DNA of 64,000 nucleotides from Tubulanus polymorphus (lineage: Eukaryota > Animalia > Nemertea), in the NCBI RefSeq assembly GCF_964204645.1, contig NC_134025.1, positions 21,990,299-22,054,298 on the forward strand, written 5' to 3'. Position 1 is the stretch's first letter. The number at the start of each line of letters is the position of its first letter. The translations under genes and the position numbers were made by a program. Below the pieces are notes generated by a model. The model saw only the letters and a list, made by a program, of their open reading frames with translations, was not told where the DNA came from and made no database searches. This document shows positions 62,101-64,000 of the stretch, piece after piece.

Positions 62101-63960
62101 GAAAACATGGAGTAACCATCGGCAATTACACCAAAAATTTGAGTTTAACTTTTTTGTGAAACCGAGCCCTGGGCTTGATAGTAGTTTTTAGCATAGTCTT
62201 TCATGAGCAATTTCTTCTCCATTTCGATTAAAATTGAATGAACTTTTATTCATCAGTTGATTATCGATAAAAACTACACCAATGACCAGGTATAAACTTA
62301 TAAATCCCTTTGGTGGGTCATGGGGTGATGTATAAATTTGGGAACCTCAAAATCCACTAATGAACTCATTTTGACAACAAGATGTCAGTGCTACAGTATT
62401 CATTCAGAATAAACTTTGACTGCCAAAGATACTTTTTATCTGGTTTTGGACTTAAATCCCTGCAGGCTCAAGTTCTGAGTGTGGTGAGTTTCTAGGTCAT
62501 TAAATACTCTATTTGATCGCCAGGGGTAGTCGTATATTGAAATCATCAAATTGATCAAGATCAAGCATTTCACCAGGTGGGTACGGTGTCGCTGGACCGC
62601 TAGTTATTCACTTGTTTTTGCCATTTTAGTGAATCGAGACCTAAACTCGCTGAATATTCCCACGCATGATAGAAAACATCAACTACGCGCTAGAGAATTG
62701 ATCAACAATGCCGCCGGACACATTCGTGAACTTACTCAAGGCCTGTCCAACTGGCATACTTACACCGAACAACGAACTAAAATCTATCCCTCAGATGAGG
62801 CAAATGAACCGCTCAGTGATGTAAATAAGAAGGTAAATGTTTCCGATATTGCCTTCACACTAGCTAATTTTCCCATTTCGCAATTAGGCCTTCTTTCAAG
62901 GGTAGAGATTTTCGCTAGGAAAAGAATGGAAGCGATTTGGGAAGAAATTGAGAATTATTATTTAGTTTGAGTATTTTCCGCATAATAGCTTGGAAGGAGT
63001 GCGGAAAACATTTTTTTTTAAAGAATGAAATTCATTTTGAATTTTATTCAAATGATGGAGAAACAAAGAACGTTTTACACATCATTGATTAGGTTGAAAA
63101 TGAAGATGGTAAAATTACGAGAAAATGATAACATGACTCAGGTTTTTTCATATGGTGTTTTTGGCAAAATTCCCATTAATACATCCCTGAGCAAAATGGG
63201 AAGACACCCATACCCGGCATTAAAAAGTGTTCCGGTATAATAGTAAACTCCCACAAGTTGTATCGCGTTTTATTGCTAATTTAAATATCATTCAGTATTT
63301 GAACATTTATTTTATCTTTGATCATTTGTTTTTCATTCATTAGTTGTCCACGTTTCTCCATGAGAATGCCAGCTATCTGCGCGCTCTTGAAGCTGCATTT
63401 CATCAGTTCCATGAAAGCCTCCGAGACGACGCCTTAACCACTCTCGTAAGTTTTCAGGTTACTAGCGATAACGGGGAAAATTCTTCATAACAGTAGCTTC
63501 GATGTTTCATATTATTGGTGTATAATCATTTTCAAGGAGACGTCCGTTGGATTGCAAAACTTTTCGGACAAATTTCGATGTTACGTGAATTATGTTTCCA
63601 AGTTGCATCCATACCAGTTATTAAGGTTAGTTTCAACATTGTACATGTATTTTGGGTTTTTTGATTGCATAGAGAGAATTGATACTCATATTTCTTATCA
63701 TAATACCGGAAGTAACAATGTATGCTTTTCTAGTGTTCTTCTTAGTTTATGTTTCAGAAAAATGAAGCCTTGCAGCTTTATTAGCATGTAATATGACAAA
63801 AACTTTCTTGTTGTCCTTACAGTTTAGAGGAAGAATGTGCTGTAGCCAGTTGTACATCGACGTTGAAGGCTAAAAACATGGAATTGCACTCAGCATTGCA
63901 ACGCTTCATGGCCGCGCTCAATAAATTGGAAACTCATACAGCTCTTATAGCTGCTCAGAG
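59197..63960 (+). CDS. PPP1R21: Protein phosphatase 1 regulatory subunit 21 (KLRAQ, FERRY complex), 5' part; continues past the window
   Basis: MSDLPGKYQKLATEYSK|LRAQIPVLKKAVIEEQ (KLRAQ motif); DQSIRKYEQEIDSLSFRNQQLSKRVLVLQDEL; ELQSKIEENARLHKQ; KLPFNDT; LNSLNIPTHDRKHQ; HTYTEQR; SLEEEC. Confidence 0.93.
61654..61839. mobile_element. MITE-like element, CAGGGTGGCCAC family
   Basis: CAGGGTGGCCACTT ... AAGTGGCCACCCAG inverted termini. Confidence 0.65.
62037..62171. mobile_element. Palindromic MITE-like element
   Basis: CTGGGCTCAGTTTCACGAAAAAGTTTAAGC ... GTTTAACTTTTTTGTGAAACCGAGCCCTG. Related to 19751-19863. Confidence 0.65.
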
Positions 63961-64000
63961 TATGTGTATGTAGATGAACTGGTATATTACTGTTGTCACT

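Overview
AT-rich, intron-rich animal DNA; the divergent TALE homeobox suggests a spiralian/lophotrochozoan invertebrate, but the species cannot be named. Genes in order: RIOX1/NO66 (-, 3' end outside the window), WDCP (-), VPS54 (+), UGP2 (-), TMEM223 (-) and PPP1R21 (+, runs off the right edge). WDCP/VPS54 and TMEM223/PPP1R21 are head-to-head pairs. VPS54/UGP2 are tail-to-tail, as in mammals. Two structures stand out. (1) UGP2 intron 7 (34222-39269) has minor-spliceosome (U12-type) signals and contains a complete same-strand two-exon TALE homeobox gene resembling the spiralian-specific SPILE group. (2) A ~5.5-kb pogo-type DD35D DNA transposon (48480-53964) has perfect TIRs, a TA TSD and an intact ~702-aa transposase split over 14 coding exons. 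Introns also hold many short palindromic MITE-like elements, a hammerhead-like motif and a tandem duplication of a RIOX1 splice acceptor, and a tRNA-derived SINE lies upstream of UGP2. All exon models were read by hand, and protein identities come from recalled family motifs, not database searches.
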